A DNA stretch of 63,996 nucleotides, filler included, from Atractiella rhizophila (Eukaryota): the NCBI GenBank assembly GCA_021432655.1. It is 45 parts of 45 records of this genome, joined end to end, with 100 filler letters (N's around TTAATTAATTAA, not from the genome) between each part and the next. Parts side by side here need not be neighbours in the genome. Positions count along the whole stretch, not along the records: positions 47,440 to 48,749 come from MU273034.1; positions 48,850 to 50,149 come from MU273035.1; positions 50,250 to 51,544 come from MU273036.1; positions 51,645 to 52,936 come from MU273037.1; positions 53,037 to 54,325 come from MU273038.1; positions 54,426 to 55,713 come from MU273039.1; positions 55,814 to 57,097 come from MU273040.1; positions 57,198 to 58,480 come from MU273041.1; 37 more parts are not named here. One strand, written 5' to 3'. Below the pieces are notes generated by a model. The model was not told the origin of the DNA and searched no databases. It worked only from the letters and a program-made list of their open reading frames with translations. The translations under genes and the position numbers were made by a program. Shown here one piece after another: positions 47,857-59,962 of the stretch. Numbering within the stretch: position 1 is the first letter of the stretch; the number at the start of each line of letters is the position of its first letter.

Positions 47857-49183
47857 ACTTGAACATTGCGAATACTCGTCGGGAAGGAACACGGTGTGAG
47901 GTCGTGTTAGGGCCTCAGCCTCTCAGGTTACTATGAACGAAATAGAAGAGAAAAGAGAATACGGGTTGCGCATCGGAAGAGCCTTCAGGTAGCGCTACCG
48001 CGCGCGTATTCGTTTGAGATGGGGAACCCAGAATCGAGTGGCTGGTGTTGATCAACCCAAAATCCAGTTGCAGGCACAACCCGGTCAAGTTGAAGGTGTA
48101 GGCTAGCAGGACGAGCCCGCTATCTGGCAACGAGGCTCCACTGTTGAGGAGATGTAGCGTAAGATTTTGGCAAGTGACGACGGTTGCGAGCAAATGACGA
48201 CCGCGAAGCGTGAGCCCGAGTGAAACCCCCAAAATTCAGCATCTCAATCTCGGTTCGACATAAATGTATTTGTAACAACACTTCGCGTGCTTCGCAGCTT
48301 TTCGCACGATCATGATGACTACGCATTAACGCATTAACAGATATACCAATGTATTGGAGATGACAACCTCCCACAATTACTACTGGTCCCAGAGTTCAAC
48401 AGCTCCTACATTCGATCCGGATTCAGATTCAGGGTCGCTTTTGCTTATTCTTCAGAAGAGTTTTTGGACAGGAATGTTGCATGTTGTATTCCTGCCTTTG
48501 TATCGAGAGGTTGTCGACACGGTCATATAACATGCAACTTGTCATATGATTCAGGATTCAAAGCGATCTGAAGCTTCTTCTGATCAAAAAGCTTCGTCAA
48601 AAGTTGACATTTATTACGGATCTCCAGGAAAGCGTCGTTTAAAACAGATCGAGGTCCCTCGACAGTTGACGAACGCTACACTCCTTTCAAAGCCTTCAAT
48701 TGCATTCAACAGCGTGTTCGCCTCCTCGACATTCAAAAATTGCGTCTAANNNNNNNNNNNNNNNNNNNNNNNNNNNNNNNNNNNNNNNNNNNNTTAATTA
48801 ATTAANNNNNNNNNNNNNNNNNNNNNNNNNNNNNNNNNNNNNNNNNNNNACGGGACGCCGGTTGAGTGTGAAGCTATTTTTTGGAGCATGGCTTGAGGAA
48901 GAGATATGCAGGGCCAGTAACATGCTGAGTGTGTGTGGGGTGAGTGAGGAGTATAACTGGATATGGATTCAGGAGGGTGGAGAGGAGTGATACTGAAGAT
49001 TCTCAGGTTTGACTCTGCAGAAGACACAATAGGAAGGTACACGGTTTGTTGCCAATAAAGCATTGAAATGGTATCTAGGAACAGGGCTGGAATTCATTTG
49101 GGATAAGGCCAGCCATGCATCCCTTCCCTGCTCTATTCAACATACCGGTCAGGGTGGATGCAAAGATGCATGTAAATATGACA

Positions 49184-49454
49184 TGTCAGGTCGCGTACTG
49201 TAAGGACAATGCTAAGCAGAAATCCTGAGAGAACAAACTAGGTCTCTCAGGGGCATTGTTCTTGCCTATATACATAAAGGGCTGAACAACTACAAACATT
49301 AACTCTAACTCTATCTAAGATAAGGCGCAAAGATTACATGATACATAGGGCAAAGATGGGGAAATAGAAACACAAAAATAAAGTAACACAGACATAGACT
49401 AAGCCCACAACTCCAAATAGGCTAAAAATAGGTGATCTGGGGGTGATCCTGACA
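49184..49454. mobile_element. Putative solo LTR (271 bp)
   Basis: Perfect 7-bp inverted termini TGTCAGG...CCTGACA around A-rich non-coding sequence with TATATA; no TSD seen. Confidence 0.5.
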
Positions 49455-49557
49455 ATACTGCACCTCACAAAGCTCACCTCCCTCATGCTTAACGCTGCCT
49501 GCCGGACAGTTGCAAGGAATCTTCATGCCCTGTTCTCACACTGTCTTTCCGTGCGTA

Positions 49558-49815
49558 TATTAGGACTGATACTCTGTATGGTTGCCGATCGGTGATATAT
49601 CTATAGTGGAGATAAACCTAAGTGAATATCATGAAACCTAAGTGAATATAGTGGAGATAAACCTAAGAGAATACTCTAAGGCCATCACCACTTCATCTCA
49701 ATTATATATACATATACAAGAGGCAGCACCATGAACGATAAAGTATGTCTCCTGAAACATGTAGAATAACTAAATCAAGAAGGCAATAAGGGAAATAACC
49801 AGAGGTAAGATATAA
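49558..49815 (+). repeat. LTR-like repeat, copy C (same family as 5003-5490); right end uncertain
   Basis: TATTAGGACTGATACTCTGTATGG...GTGGAGATAAACCTAAG (twice)...GAATACTCTAAGG...TGAAACATGTAGAA...GCAATAAGGGAAATA aligns with copy B. Confidence 0.8.
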
Positions 49816-51644
49816 GAAGGAAAACGGGAGTCACTAAGTCGTGATGGCTAGGTTTGAAGTGAAATCAAGTACGCGAAAGGGAAACTTGGAGAAGTGAAGT
49901 AGACGTAAATGGTTTAACGGAGAGAGTCCATCCAAGTCATGCAACATAAAGACAATCTAATTTTGTTTTATGCGTCTGATCTTCCAAATGTTCCTTCCAA
50001 GCAGAACACTGGCTGAGATCTGTTCCCTTGTGATTGCTGCTGCAGAGTATGCATTTGAAGGGGAGATGAGAGCACTTTGAAGTTGGGTTGCACGGAGTTG
50101 ACTGGGAGCACTTGACTGGGCAGGCGGAGGTAGAGTGCTGTTGGCTACANNNNNNNNNNNNNNNNNNNNNNNNNNNNNNNNNNNNNNNNNNNNTTAATTA
50201 ATTAANNNNNNNNNNNNNNNNNNNNNNNNNNNNNNNNNNNNNNNNNNNNGGATGAATTTCTTGACATGCTGCCATGCGTTCCTAAGTGTTGCAACGTTGA
50301 GTAAATCATCTCCTGCCGATGGTAGTTGCTGCATAACTGGTGTCCTCTAGTGTCAGTTGTTGCTTTGTCTCTTACACCTGATGGACCTGGGCTTCATCGA
50401 CAGTTGCCGGGATATCTGCACAATCCTGTTTGTTGGATTCCGCGCTACTTGCAAACGCTTAATTGACTTTGCGGTATCTGGAATCTGGCAAATTTGGGAC
50501 CAAATACTGGGAACAATGTCTGCACTAATGCTCAAATATTCATGAACTACTTACTCTATACAACTCTTGCATCCATGTCTCTAGTGAGTTCTCCTCCAAT
50601 CAGCTGCCTCATCCTTCAACGGCATCTTTGGCAAACACATGTCGGGCTGTAGTTCTCCAACTTCACAACGTCGTCTTCCGGACTCTCTATCCGCTCATAT
50701 TGGCAACGCTGCTTGAATAACTTTCCGATGCATTATCATCGTGTGCCATTCGTCCATTTTGTGGCATGTGACATTTAAGTTACTTTTTTGTCAGTATTAC
50801 AGCTCCCGTCGTCGTATCCAGAAATGCCTTATAGTCGATAATGTCTCCCGTTCATGATGTTCCCACGCCGATTGTTCACTTGCTGTGTATTCAGTGTAGA
50901 GAAATAGTAGTACTCAAATTTATCACTACATTACAGCTAAGTTAACATGTTAGAGATTGAGTAAAGTCCTGTTCAAAATCCACAATCCAACGCCATGTAC
51001 TCATCGTCATGTTTATGATGAATCTCATACAACCAAAATATTTCATCTGATTCATTATTTCCCACACGCTAGTTCAAAGCCAACATCCCGCAGCTTGGCT
51101 ATCCTCTTTAACTCATGTAAATTTTCTTCTGTCCATCCGCCATAGAAGAGGCTAAGATATATGCTCAAGCGTCCTTCTCGTTGGTAGAAGTAAGGGATAC
51201 AAGTGAGAAAATCGGAGAAGTGCACAATGCAAAATTTCACGTCAAGTTGACAAACATTGGTGTGAATCATCAACTGAGATAAAAAATTGCTTGGTAAGAT
51301 ATTGCTGGTTTCGTGGCCGCCATCTACTTGAACTGACCTAAGGATGGAGCAATGGAGTAACTCGATTGGGTTCTTAAACACAGTTTGACTGACGTCGGAC
51401 TGGAAACTGGGTCTGTAGTTTAAGCGAAGTGTAGAAAGTGTCTGTGCTTGTTGAGAAGACAATGATGGAAGACCAGCGCATATTGACCATAGCGAACAAT
51501 TGGAAACAGTTTGCACTACCGAGGTCAAGACCATCATGAATCGANNNNNNNNNNNNNNNNNNNNNNNNNNNNNNNNNNNNNNNNNNNNTTAATTAATTAA
51601 NNNNNNNNNNNNNNNNNNNNNNNNNNNNNNNNNNNNNNNNNNNN

Positions 51645-52936
51645 GCATTTTGCTTCACTAGATGCTGATAGACAATGGGATCTGTTCTCCGAGCTTCTGT
51701 CACATGTGAAATCCCTTACGAAGGATGTCGAGGAAATGAGTCGTCTCACAAGCAGCTGATGGAGAGAAACAACGTGCTAACAGCTGCAGCTGCTCATGCT
51801 CCTCCCCTCCAATCGGCCTCTACTGCTGCCTCTCCACCAGCCCCTCCTAAAAAGCCTACTTACGCCGCCATCGCGCAAGCCCATCTCGACAAGATCCCAG
51901 TCCACGACCGCGAGCGGGCCTAATCACTTCTCAACGAGTTGAGCCCTGTCCCTGGCCCTCGCAGACCTCCTCCCTCGGAATCCTCGCCCCCTTCACTTTC
52001 TGCCGATAAACTTGAACGTCTATAACCTGCTAGCAGTCACTGAGGACTGGTTCATTCAGTCCCGCTCACCTTACTTTTTGGTGGGCTCAAAGCGACCGGA
52101 GGTGGCAGAACGAAGGGAGATTGGTCATGACAATGGAGGGGTAGTTCTGTTCATTGACCCTTCTCTGAAGTCTGGTGTCGAGGGTGTTTCTGCAGGTGTT
52201 AATTGGGTCTGGGTGAAGCTTGCTGGAAAGCGCCTTGCCTTTGTCTACCTCCCTCCGTCTTACTCAAATGCTCGTTGCCTGCAACTCCTTGCCGAACTCC
52301 CTCCTGTCGATTTAGTCGCCGGTGATTTCAACGTTGGACTTGGAGCAGCTGTACACGAGTGTACACGGCTCAAGCGTGTCTCCTCCTGATCGAGTCTCTT
52401 CTCTGGTTACTTGGATGGCAATTCGTCAACTATTTGCAGTACCTCCTCACTCCACCCTCGCAGCTTTCCCTGACCCTCTTGATCACATCTTCTCCTCTCC
52501 TTCTACCCCCGTCCACTCCCTATCGTTGATCCATCAGTCCTCCCTGTCTATCTCTTCCGACCATCCCCTCCTTCTATCGCAGCTTTCTCTCCATCTTAGC
52601 CCTCTCCCCACGGACCCTGGACTTTCCCGCCCCTGCATCTCTAATATGGATATCCCCTTTGCATCCGAGGTCCTTCTCTACGCATACGCGGAACTGTCTC
52701 AGGACGTTAAAATTCTTCTTCAACAAAGCTGGACCTTAGCTCGTTCAGCGGCAAGTATTGGAGAAGGCGAGAAATTGCAGGCTATAGTGGATGATGCAGA
52801 CTCGGCGGTCTTCAACGCTGTCGACGTAGTTGCTCGTTCAATTCTAGGCGAATACAACGCTTCAGCTGTTCGGCTGAACCCCGACTTTGCTCTCGACGAA
52901 ATCTCCCGCTCTCGCTCTCCTTTAGCCGCTATCCGC
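51645..52936 (+). mobile_element. Degenerate non-LTR retrotransposon (LINE): ORF1-like piece and APE endonuclease
   Basis: PTYAAIA ORF1-like segment; endonuclease motifs LAVTEDW, NGGVVLF, VYLPP, GDFN, LDHIF, SDH split by a frameshift near 52350-52390. Confidence 0.85.
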
Positions 52937-53036
52937 NNNNNNNNNNNNNNNNNNNNNNNNNNNNNNNNNNNNNNNNNNNNTTAATTAATTAANNNNNNNN
53001 NNNNNNNNNNNNNNNNNNNNNNNNNNNNNNNNNNNN

Positions 53037-54325
53037 GGGGCTATACAGCGTCATGAATGTTGGACTGAGGAGATGCGAGTCGTCTGGTAAACGGTATTGA
53101 TAGATGGTACGATCATCTATATCCTGTCACATGCACATTAGCACGGGTGAATGGCGACGGAGGTGTCAAAGTTGTACTCACTTGCTGCAAGCTCCAAGAA
53201 TACCAGAGGAACATCGCTAGAAGAGACATATTTGCCATGTCGTCCCCAACTCTCTGAGATCCGCCTGTCAATTTTAAAGTCTATCCTGCTCTTCCACTCA
53301 AGCTGGCTCATCTGGGAGAAGAATTGTTTGAAGTGAGGTGATATCGTAGTACCCAGAACTGGCAAATACATCCTCCGCGTATCCTCATAGTTTCCATTAG
53401 CGACGTATTTGTCATGTCGAATGTCTGACCACGTATTCACCGTGCGAGTGATCCTCTTGTCTTGTCAGGTTCTCTGTTGTCGCAGGCGGAAGGATTGATC
53501 GAAGGGATTCTGACTTCCCGGTCCAAACGACGAACCACTGAGTTGCACAGGTATTGGATCCTCGAGCAGGAAGTAGAAAAGCGATAAAAAGAGCATCCTA
53601 AACATAGGGACGGTCGCATCGTCAGTCTTGTTTACGCGTCAATTAGTGAGTAGCTCACTGTCACGGTGATGGAGGGCTTTGTTGTGCTCTGTGGAATATG
53701 TGACACTTCACGGTGCGGGGCGGAAACCAGGATGGAAGCTCCCCTCTTTTGAGAATCGGAGAGCTTGAGCATGCTGAAATCACCACCCCACAGAAGTCTT
53801 GCGACTTCACCGCAGGCTACTGAATTCTCCTGATACTCAGACGTTCCCAACCCGTGGTCATTGGGCAGAGCATCATGCCCACTTGCATGTTAACCTGGAA
53901 TCCCCTTACACTTTCATTTACACCTTGGCTTTCCTAAATACCGGAGAGGTCAGGAGGCTTTTCGAGAGCAACACTCTCCCGCAGCCCGTCCACTCGGTGG
54001 AGTTCTCAAGGCGCTTTCCCACTTCCTATTAACAATGTGTTCTATTGTCCGAAACTTCAGTTCTGAGCTTCCTGCACCCTACCTCATCTCTCTTTGCACT
54101 ACGGGTCCGTTCTGACCGTCAGTTCATCGCGCAGTAGTCGAGGACCGCAAGATGGCCTTCCGCTCCTCTGTCGCACCTCATCTGAGCAATGTCACTTTCC
54201 AACTCGTTTCCCGCTCCTCCTTCTTAGTAACTCCCTACCTCGCCTTCTCCCACCGACATTCCTCCACTTTTACGTCCAAGCCTCGGCGCTCAATGCTTTA
54301 CGGTTCGTCATCCTCTCTTTAACTA
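53037..54325 (-). repeat. Redundant contig, reverse complement of 46029-47317
   Basis: Same sequence in opposite orientation. Confidence 0.95.
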
Positions 54326-54477
54326 NNNNNNNNNNNNNNNNNNNNNNNNNNNNNNNNNNNNNNNNNNNNTTAATTAATTAANNNNNNNNNNNNNNNNNNN
54401 NNNNNNNNNNNNNNNNNNNNNNNNNCTATCCCGTCGAATCGTCGACGCGCTCATCCCATCCTCTTCTTACTCTCCAG

Positions 54478-54979
54478 ACACTGGCATAGTGAATTACTAC
54501 GGCGTCAGTCTCCACGCTTATCATCCATATCCTCCATTCAGCAAACGGAAGAGCTGATGCCTTGGTGTATAGCTGACACATTCTCTAACGGCGCATGTAG
54601 ACCAGTCTGAACCGTCAGGTATAAGTCATCCCCTCCTCTCAATCTCCTTAGGCCACGCTTGCATCTTCCTCTTCGGAAAGGAAACGAGGGACGTCATGCC
54701 TTTACCCATCTTGTTGAGGAGTGGAGATGTGGTGATCATGCACGGTGAAGGCCGTAGAGCGTTTCACGGTACGTCTTGTCATAATTCCTCTCTTTTTTTG
54801 TTTCCTCCCTTTCTGTCATGATTCCGTGGTGAAGGCTTTTGGTCATTGTGAGATTAGGTGTGCCGAGGATCAAAGCTTATACTCCACCTTCGTGGATTGA
54901 GGATGTGGAAGACGAAGTGGCGATGAATTGGGTGAAAAGCGGAGGAAGGATAAATATCAACGTTCGACAGATGTTTTAG
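54478..54979 (+). CDS. ALKBH1: AlkB-family 2OG-Fe(II) dioxygenase (ALKBH1/Abh1-like), 3' end
   Basis: GIVNYY, AHVDQSE (HxD), PLLSISLGHACIFLFG, LRSGDVVIM..GRRAFH|GVPRI, RININVRQMF*. Confidence 0.9.
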
Positions 54980-56627
54980 CTGCACCTTGTCGAGACCGGT
55001 GTTTGTGTACTATAACGAGGCAGACGTGATTATACTTGATCCATGTCCTCCTCAGTCTCATTTTTCTGAATATTTCATCGACCATATTTCCTAAGACTCA
55101 AATTTCACAGCTTTGAGCAGGCTGATATGGAAGAGTGTCGTAGTCAGACTTAATTACTAGAGTTCTTCACAATACTCAGCCTAAGAGGGAACAGGAAATA
55201 GAATAGAGACACTTCTCAGGGTCATCATTCTGTTACAGTCTGAGTCGCGGCATCTCAGGCAACGAGTCTCATTGAGTGATCCATTCAGAGTCTAACTGTC
55301 ACTCCCAATTCTAAATCCGCTATCACTCAACCTCAGTGATTAGAGGAAAGGAACACGACAGTCGAATAAGCGCGAGCAACTTTGCGAACGACGACCTAAG
55401 GAAACTAGCGCAAGAAACCGAGTAGTGTCATCGCTAGAGATTACTATGGGAAACGGTCAGCCCAGTGAGCATCTTGGACTACTATGACCATTTGCGAACC
55501 TGTACGCCTTGTCAGCAGCAAAATCGACACCAATTTTCAATGCATTAATGACGTCGTCACCCACACCAGTGTTCCTCGGGTTCAAGGCTGAACAATTTCA
55601 CCCCTACTACTAACAGGCCACATTCGCACACAGCACTCGAAGTCATAGCCGACTCTGAGCTGTTCACCGCCAACTTTTGAGCATCGGGATCTCTTACGGC
55701 GCAACACTAGCAGNNNNNNNNNNNNNNNNNNNNNNNNNNNNNNNNNNNNNNNNNNNNTTAATTAATTAANNNNNNNNNNNNNNNNNNNNNNNNNNNNNNN
55801 NNNNNNNNNNNNNCGTTCTAATCTCCAAGATGTATCATGTCCAAGGTCTCAGCTTTACAACACAATCAAGGCTTTGCAGGAGACGTAAAATTTGGGAGGC
55901 TATGAACATGCACAAGGCAATTTTAGTTCTATCAGGCCACTCAGGTATCTCTACCCTTGTGATGTGAAGCGTCATTGAAAGACGGTTCAATAAGTGTACG
56001 GTCGCACACCACTATCGTTCATCCATCGTCTCAAATATGTCACCCTGTCCGTGTGCGTTTGAGGTCTGAATACTTGCGCCGAGAAGTTCGTTAACCTGGC
56101 ACACAATACGATGTTAGGCCTTGACGAAACGTAAGGAATAACCGTAGTGTGTAACACGCTGGGCAAAGCGTATTACTACTACGTTTATTTTTCTGAGCAC
56201 ATATCACGGGCTCCGATTATATGATGTAGCCGATGGGCAATACCATTTGCTGGAAACTGCAAGATCATCGAAAACAAGAAAAAAAATTCCCCCTCTCGGC
56301 CTGCCACTCTCGCCTCTCCTTATACTCCGATATCTGACCGTTTAGAGCCTTCTCTCTTTTATTTCAGGATTCGAGGTGGAGGGAACAAATGACAGGAACA
56401 AAACAGAATATAATTCCATCCGTCTTGTTACATCTATACTATATAGCAAATATCAACGTCCATGCACCGTTTCACAACCATCATAGTATTAATTCAAACA
56501 GACAAAGCGTCCTTAATGGTTCCTCCCCATCCCCTTCAAAGCCCTCCACGTCCTCCTCCTCATCTGTCCCTTAGCCTGTCCAGCAGTCGTTTTGGGGCTC
56601 TTGCTGGAGTGAGTCTTCGCCGCAGGA

Positions 56628-57097
56628 GTCGATTTACTGTCGACGGAACCATTTTGTTAGTATAGGAGAAATGCAGTGAGACAAGGGAGGACTGACGGTT
56701 TGGTGGCCGCTTTAGGCTTGACAGTATGAGTCGATTTACTGGTGATGAGACGATTTTATTAGTATAAGGGGAAATGCAGGATGAGAAAGGGATGGCTGAC
56801 GGCTTGGCGCTCATTTTAGGTTTGGCAGTTGATTTACTGTTGACGAAACGTTTCGTTAGTATCAGAGAAAATTTGAAGGGGACGACTGACGGTTTGGTGG
56901 TCGCTTTAGGCTTGACAGTATGAGTCGATTTACTGTTGATGGGACAATTTTGTTAGTATAAGGGGATATGCAGGAGAAGAAAGGGATGGCTGACGGCTTG
57001 GCGCTCGCTTTCGGTTTGACAGTTGATTTACTGTCCACGGAACGATTTCTTTAGGATCAGAGAAATTTGAGATGAGGAAAAGGGACGACTGACGGCT
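56628..57097 (+). repeat. Tandem repeat array with about 98-bp units, running off the contig end
   Basis: GATTTACTG anchors at 56631, 56733, 56831, 56927, 57025, each followed by TTAG..., AGGG and CTGACGG. Confidence 0.9.
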
Positions 57098-57197
57098 NNN
57101 NNNNNNNNNNNNNNNNNNNNNNNNNNNNNNNNNNNNNNNNNTTAATTAATTAANNNNNNNNNNNNNNNNNNNNNNNNNNNNNNNNNNNNNNNNNNNN

Positions 57198-58480
57198 AGC
57201 AACACAATGTGTCGAGTAAATTTCTCACAGAAGCGGTATCTCATTGAGCGTTGTATGGATGGAAACATCGTAAATCTAGGTTCCAATAACTCATGATGTA
57301 AATGTGGAAGACAGTAAACTCACGTAGATAAACTTGAAACTGTCCAAGAGTCCACTCTCGTCTTCTCGTGTTCTTCGAGCCCAAATCTTCATAAATATAA
57401 CCCAGGCAACTCGAAGCAGTTGTTTTCCAAGACCTGGTTGAAGCTTATTTGTGGAACTGATCATGCTGAACAGCACAGAAAGAGAGTTCTGGTCAGAACG
57501 GAGAAGTAATGGGGATTCTGGTGAGATGGCGAGATCGACGGATCGTTGCATCAAACGCATCCAGACATCATATCGAGCATAGCCTTGCTGGCGAAGGTCC
57601 AGAGGCTCGTCTAAGAGTGTCTGCTTGGGAAGCTCCGGTAACCAATGCGTTCCAAGGATGGCCTGTCCACATCTGAGCTAGGAGGCAGGATTAAAAAATC
57701 TTTGCTTGCGGAGTGATATGTCCATCGCACGCCAAGCATCAAGGCGTACGAAACCCAAATCTAGTCCCTTCGCATCAACACGGTGAATTCTGGGCAGAAT
57801 AAAGTACCTCAACCAGGTCTGAGAGTTCTTTTGGATTGTTTTCTGACCTGAATGCTTGATAAGACGTGTAAGAAGAAGGCAAGCCGTAGTTAGTGGCTCC
57901 ATCGAGGATGACGCCAGCATATCCCATTCCCACTAGAATTGCTTCAGTGAACCAGTGAACCGAGACACAATAGAACTACGAACAGGCCAATAAATGGTCC
58001 CCCAAGCTTTGAGAAAGGTGATAGCGTCCTAATCGGGAATCAAGAGATGAATCGTTCAGTTGGATAGTTCGTAAAATTTGGTCTTCCCGGTCGTAGTTGG
58101 TTTCCTTCCTGTCACAAAGTCATGCGATAAATTGTATCGAGCAGCTAGTCATGTCTGCTTACAGATGACGACGAGACCGAAAAACTGAGTACTTGTCCCC
58201 TCGCTTCCTCTTCCCATCATTACGTCTTTCATTCTTCCGAATTTTCGAAATGTCAGCATGCAAATCCTTCGATGAGCTGTAGGGTCCTTGTGAGAGTTGT
58301 TTGAGGTTCCACCTTTCGCCAGAAACGCGTTGATTCGATATAGGGGCAAACTACTAAGAAGAGCGAACCGTCTCCGCGCCGGGTCAGTATCTGTATGGCT
58401 TCTGGTGACCGATACTGAACAAGGTAGATTCTCTGCTGCACAAGAGGTGCAGATAGTTCCTTGAAATTCTTGAAATGGCG
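57198..58480 (+). repeat. Redundant contig, direct duplicate of 59963-61243
   Basis: Same start and identical ORFs; only 2 nt longer at the 3' end. Confidence 0.95.
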
Positions 58481-58580
58481 NNNNNNNNNNNNNNNNNNNN
58501 NNNNNNNNNNNNNNNNNNNNNNNNTTAATTAATTAANNNNNNNNNNNNNNNNNNNNNNNNNNNNNNNNNNNNNNNNNNNN

Positions 58581-59862
58581 CGTTCAGTAGTCCGGGGGAA
58601 TGACTCTGACGACTCCACTTTTGCCATTTCCCAATCAATCAAAAGTCCTTGCGACTCTACTGAGCCGCGGTCAGACGTTGATGGTGGATCGTAAATAAGG
58701 ATGTTGCCTGAGGAAATGTCGCGGTGTAAAATGTTCGTCCTCTCCCATGCGGCTTCGTGAGCTGTGTTCTGGTCAGACAAACAGTAAAAATGCGGCAGAA
58801 ACATACCTCGAATGGCGTCACAAACCGCGTTGACCATTTCCCAGCTGGACGTGAAGGAAGAAAGTGGGCGTCCGATCTTGTCAGTTACCTGAACGTAATG
58901 TTGCATCGCCTGGCGATAAGGCCCCTCGATCTTCTGAAGGTCGCCCTCGATATCGCAGTCGTCAAGAATGGCGGGAACGTTGGGGACGTTTGCAACATTT
59001 AATTTGCGAAGCGTGTCTCCTTCCTTTTCGTACTCCATCTTCCTCCAAATATCCTTCAAAAGTACAAGCTTCTTTAGACGAGGGCAATAAGCATAGAAAC
59101 ATTTCGTGCTACGACCGACAGGATACATATGAAAGTCGGTGAAAGGTTTCGAGACGTAGTAGCTCGCCAAACCGAACTTGACGACGTACAGTGGATCGTC
59201 AGCCCCAAGGCTAAGGCGGTCCCTTGCATTTTCTTCCTCGACAGGGTCGCTCGGTTCCTTGTACGTATCGTCATGCCCCCGTTGAACTCGGGTAGCGCGC
59301 GTGTATCGGAACAAAAATTGATGAAGATAGGGTTCCTTATTGTAATTGAACGGAAGGGTGACAGCAGTGCCGGCGCGAGAATGACAAACGAGGCGCGCTG
59401 TTTCTCCACAAATATAGATGGAAAAGACGCGGGTCCTGTGTTGGAGGATTTGGATGATAGTGTTATAAAGCGTTATTTGGCCACGAAGCTCCACCGCGTT
59501 GTCGGCTCGATTCTCAAAGCCGCTTGGGATATCATCGTCGTCGTCCTGCCTGATCGTCGCTTCCAAGGTATTGTTTTCGATCTCACCTTCGTCGGGATTC
59601 TCCTTGCCCTTGCCCTTTTCGTTTGGAGTGTCATGAAACGGGAGGACACCAATTTTAAACTCCCAAAACAAATCAGCCTCCTTCATATCCGTAATTCGAC
59701 CTTCAACGGTCTTTCTGGACGGCGAATAAAGAATGATATCCGGTTTGACCCCAGTTGCACCGAAGAGCTCGGGAATGTTTGTATCGATATGAGCGGAGGT
59801 ATTAACCTGGTGCCATCCGCTATCCAAGTAACACCTCATCGATTCTATCTATTCGACCCATG
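58581..59862 (-). CDS. FunK1 fungal-specific protein kinase, internal part
   Basis: RGQITLY..QHRTRVFS..ARL..RAG..FNY, GHD, VGRSTKC, LLKDIWR..EG, GRPLSSF, ILHRDISSGNILI, GLLIDWEMAK. Confidence 0.92.
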
Positions 59863-59962
59863 NNNNNNNNNNNNNNNNNNNNNNNNNNNNNNNNNNNNNN
59901 NNNNNNTTAATTAATTAANNNNNNNNNNNNNNNNNNNNNNNNNNNNNNNNNNNNNNNNNNNN

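Noticed and set aside
50250..51544. Minus-strand ORF 51055-51537
   Set aside because: No diagnostic motif; left unannotated.
56628..57097. Repeat array as CRISPR
   Set aside because: Whole units are homologous with no unique spacers; eukaryotic context and no cas genes.
59129..59914. 261-aa plus-strand ORF overlapping the FunK1 kinase
   Set aside because: Antisense shadow of a well-supported kinase gene; no recognisable motifs and it ends in the linker.
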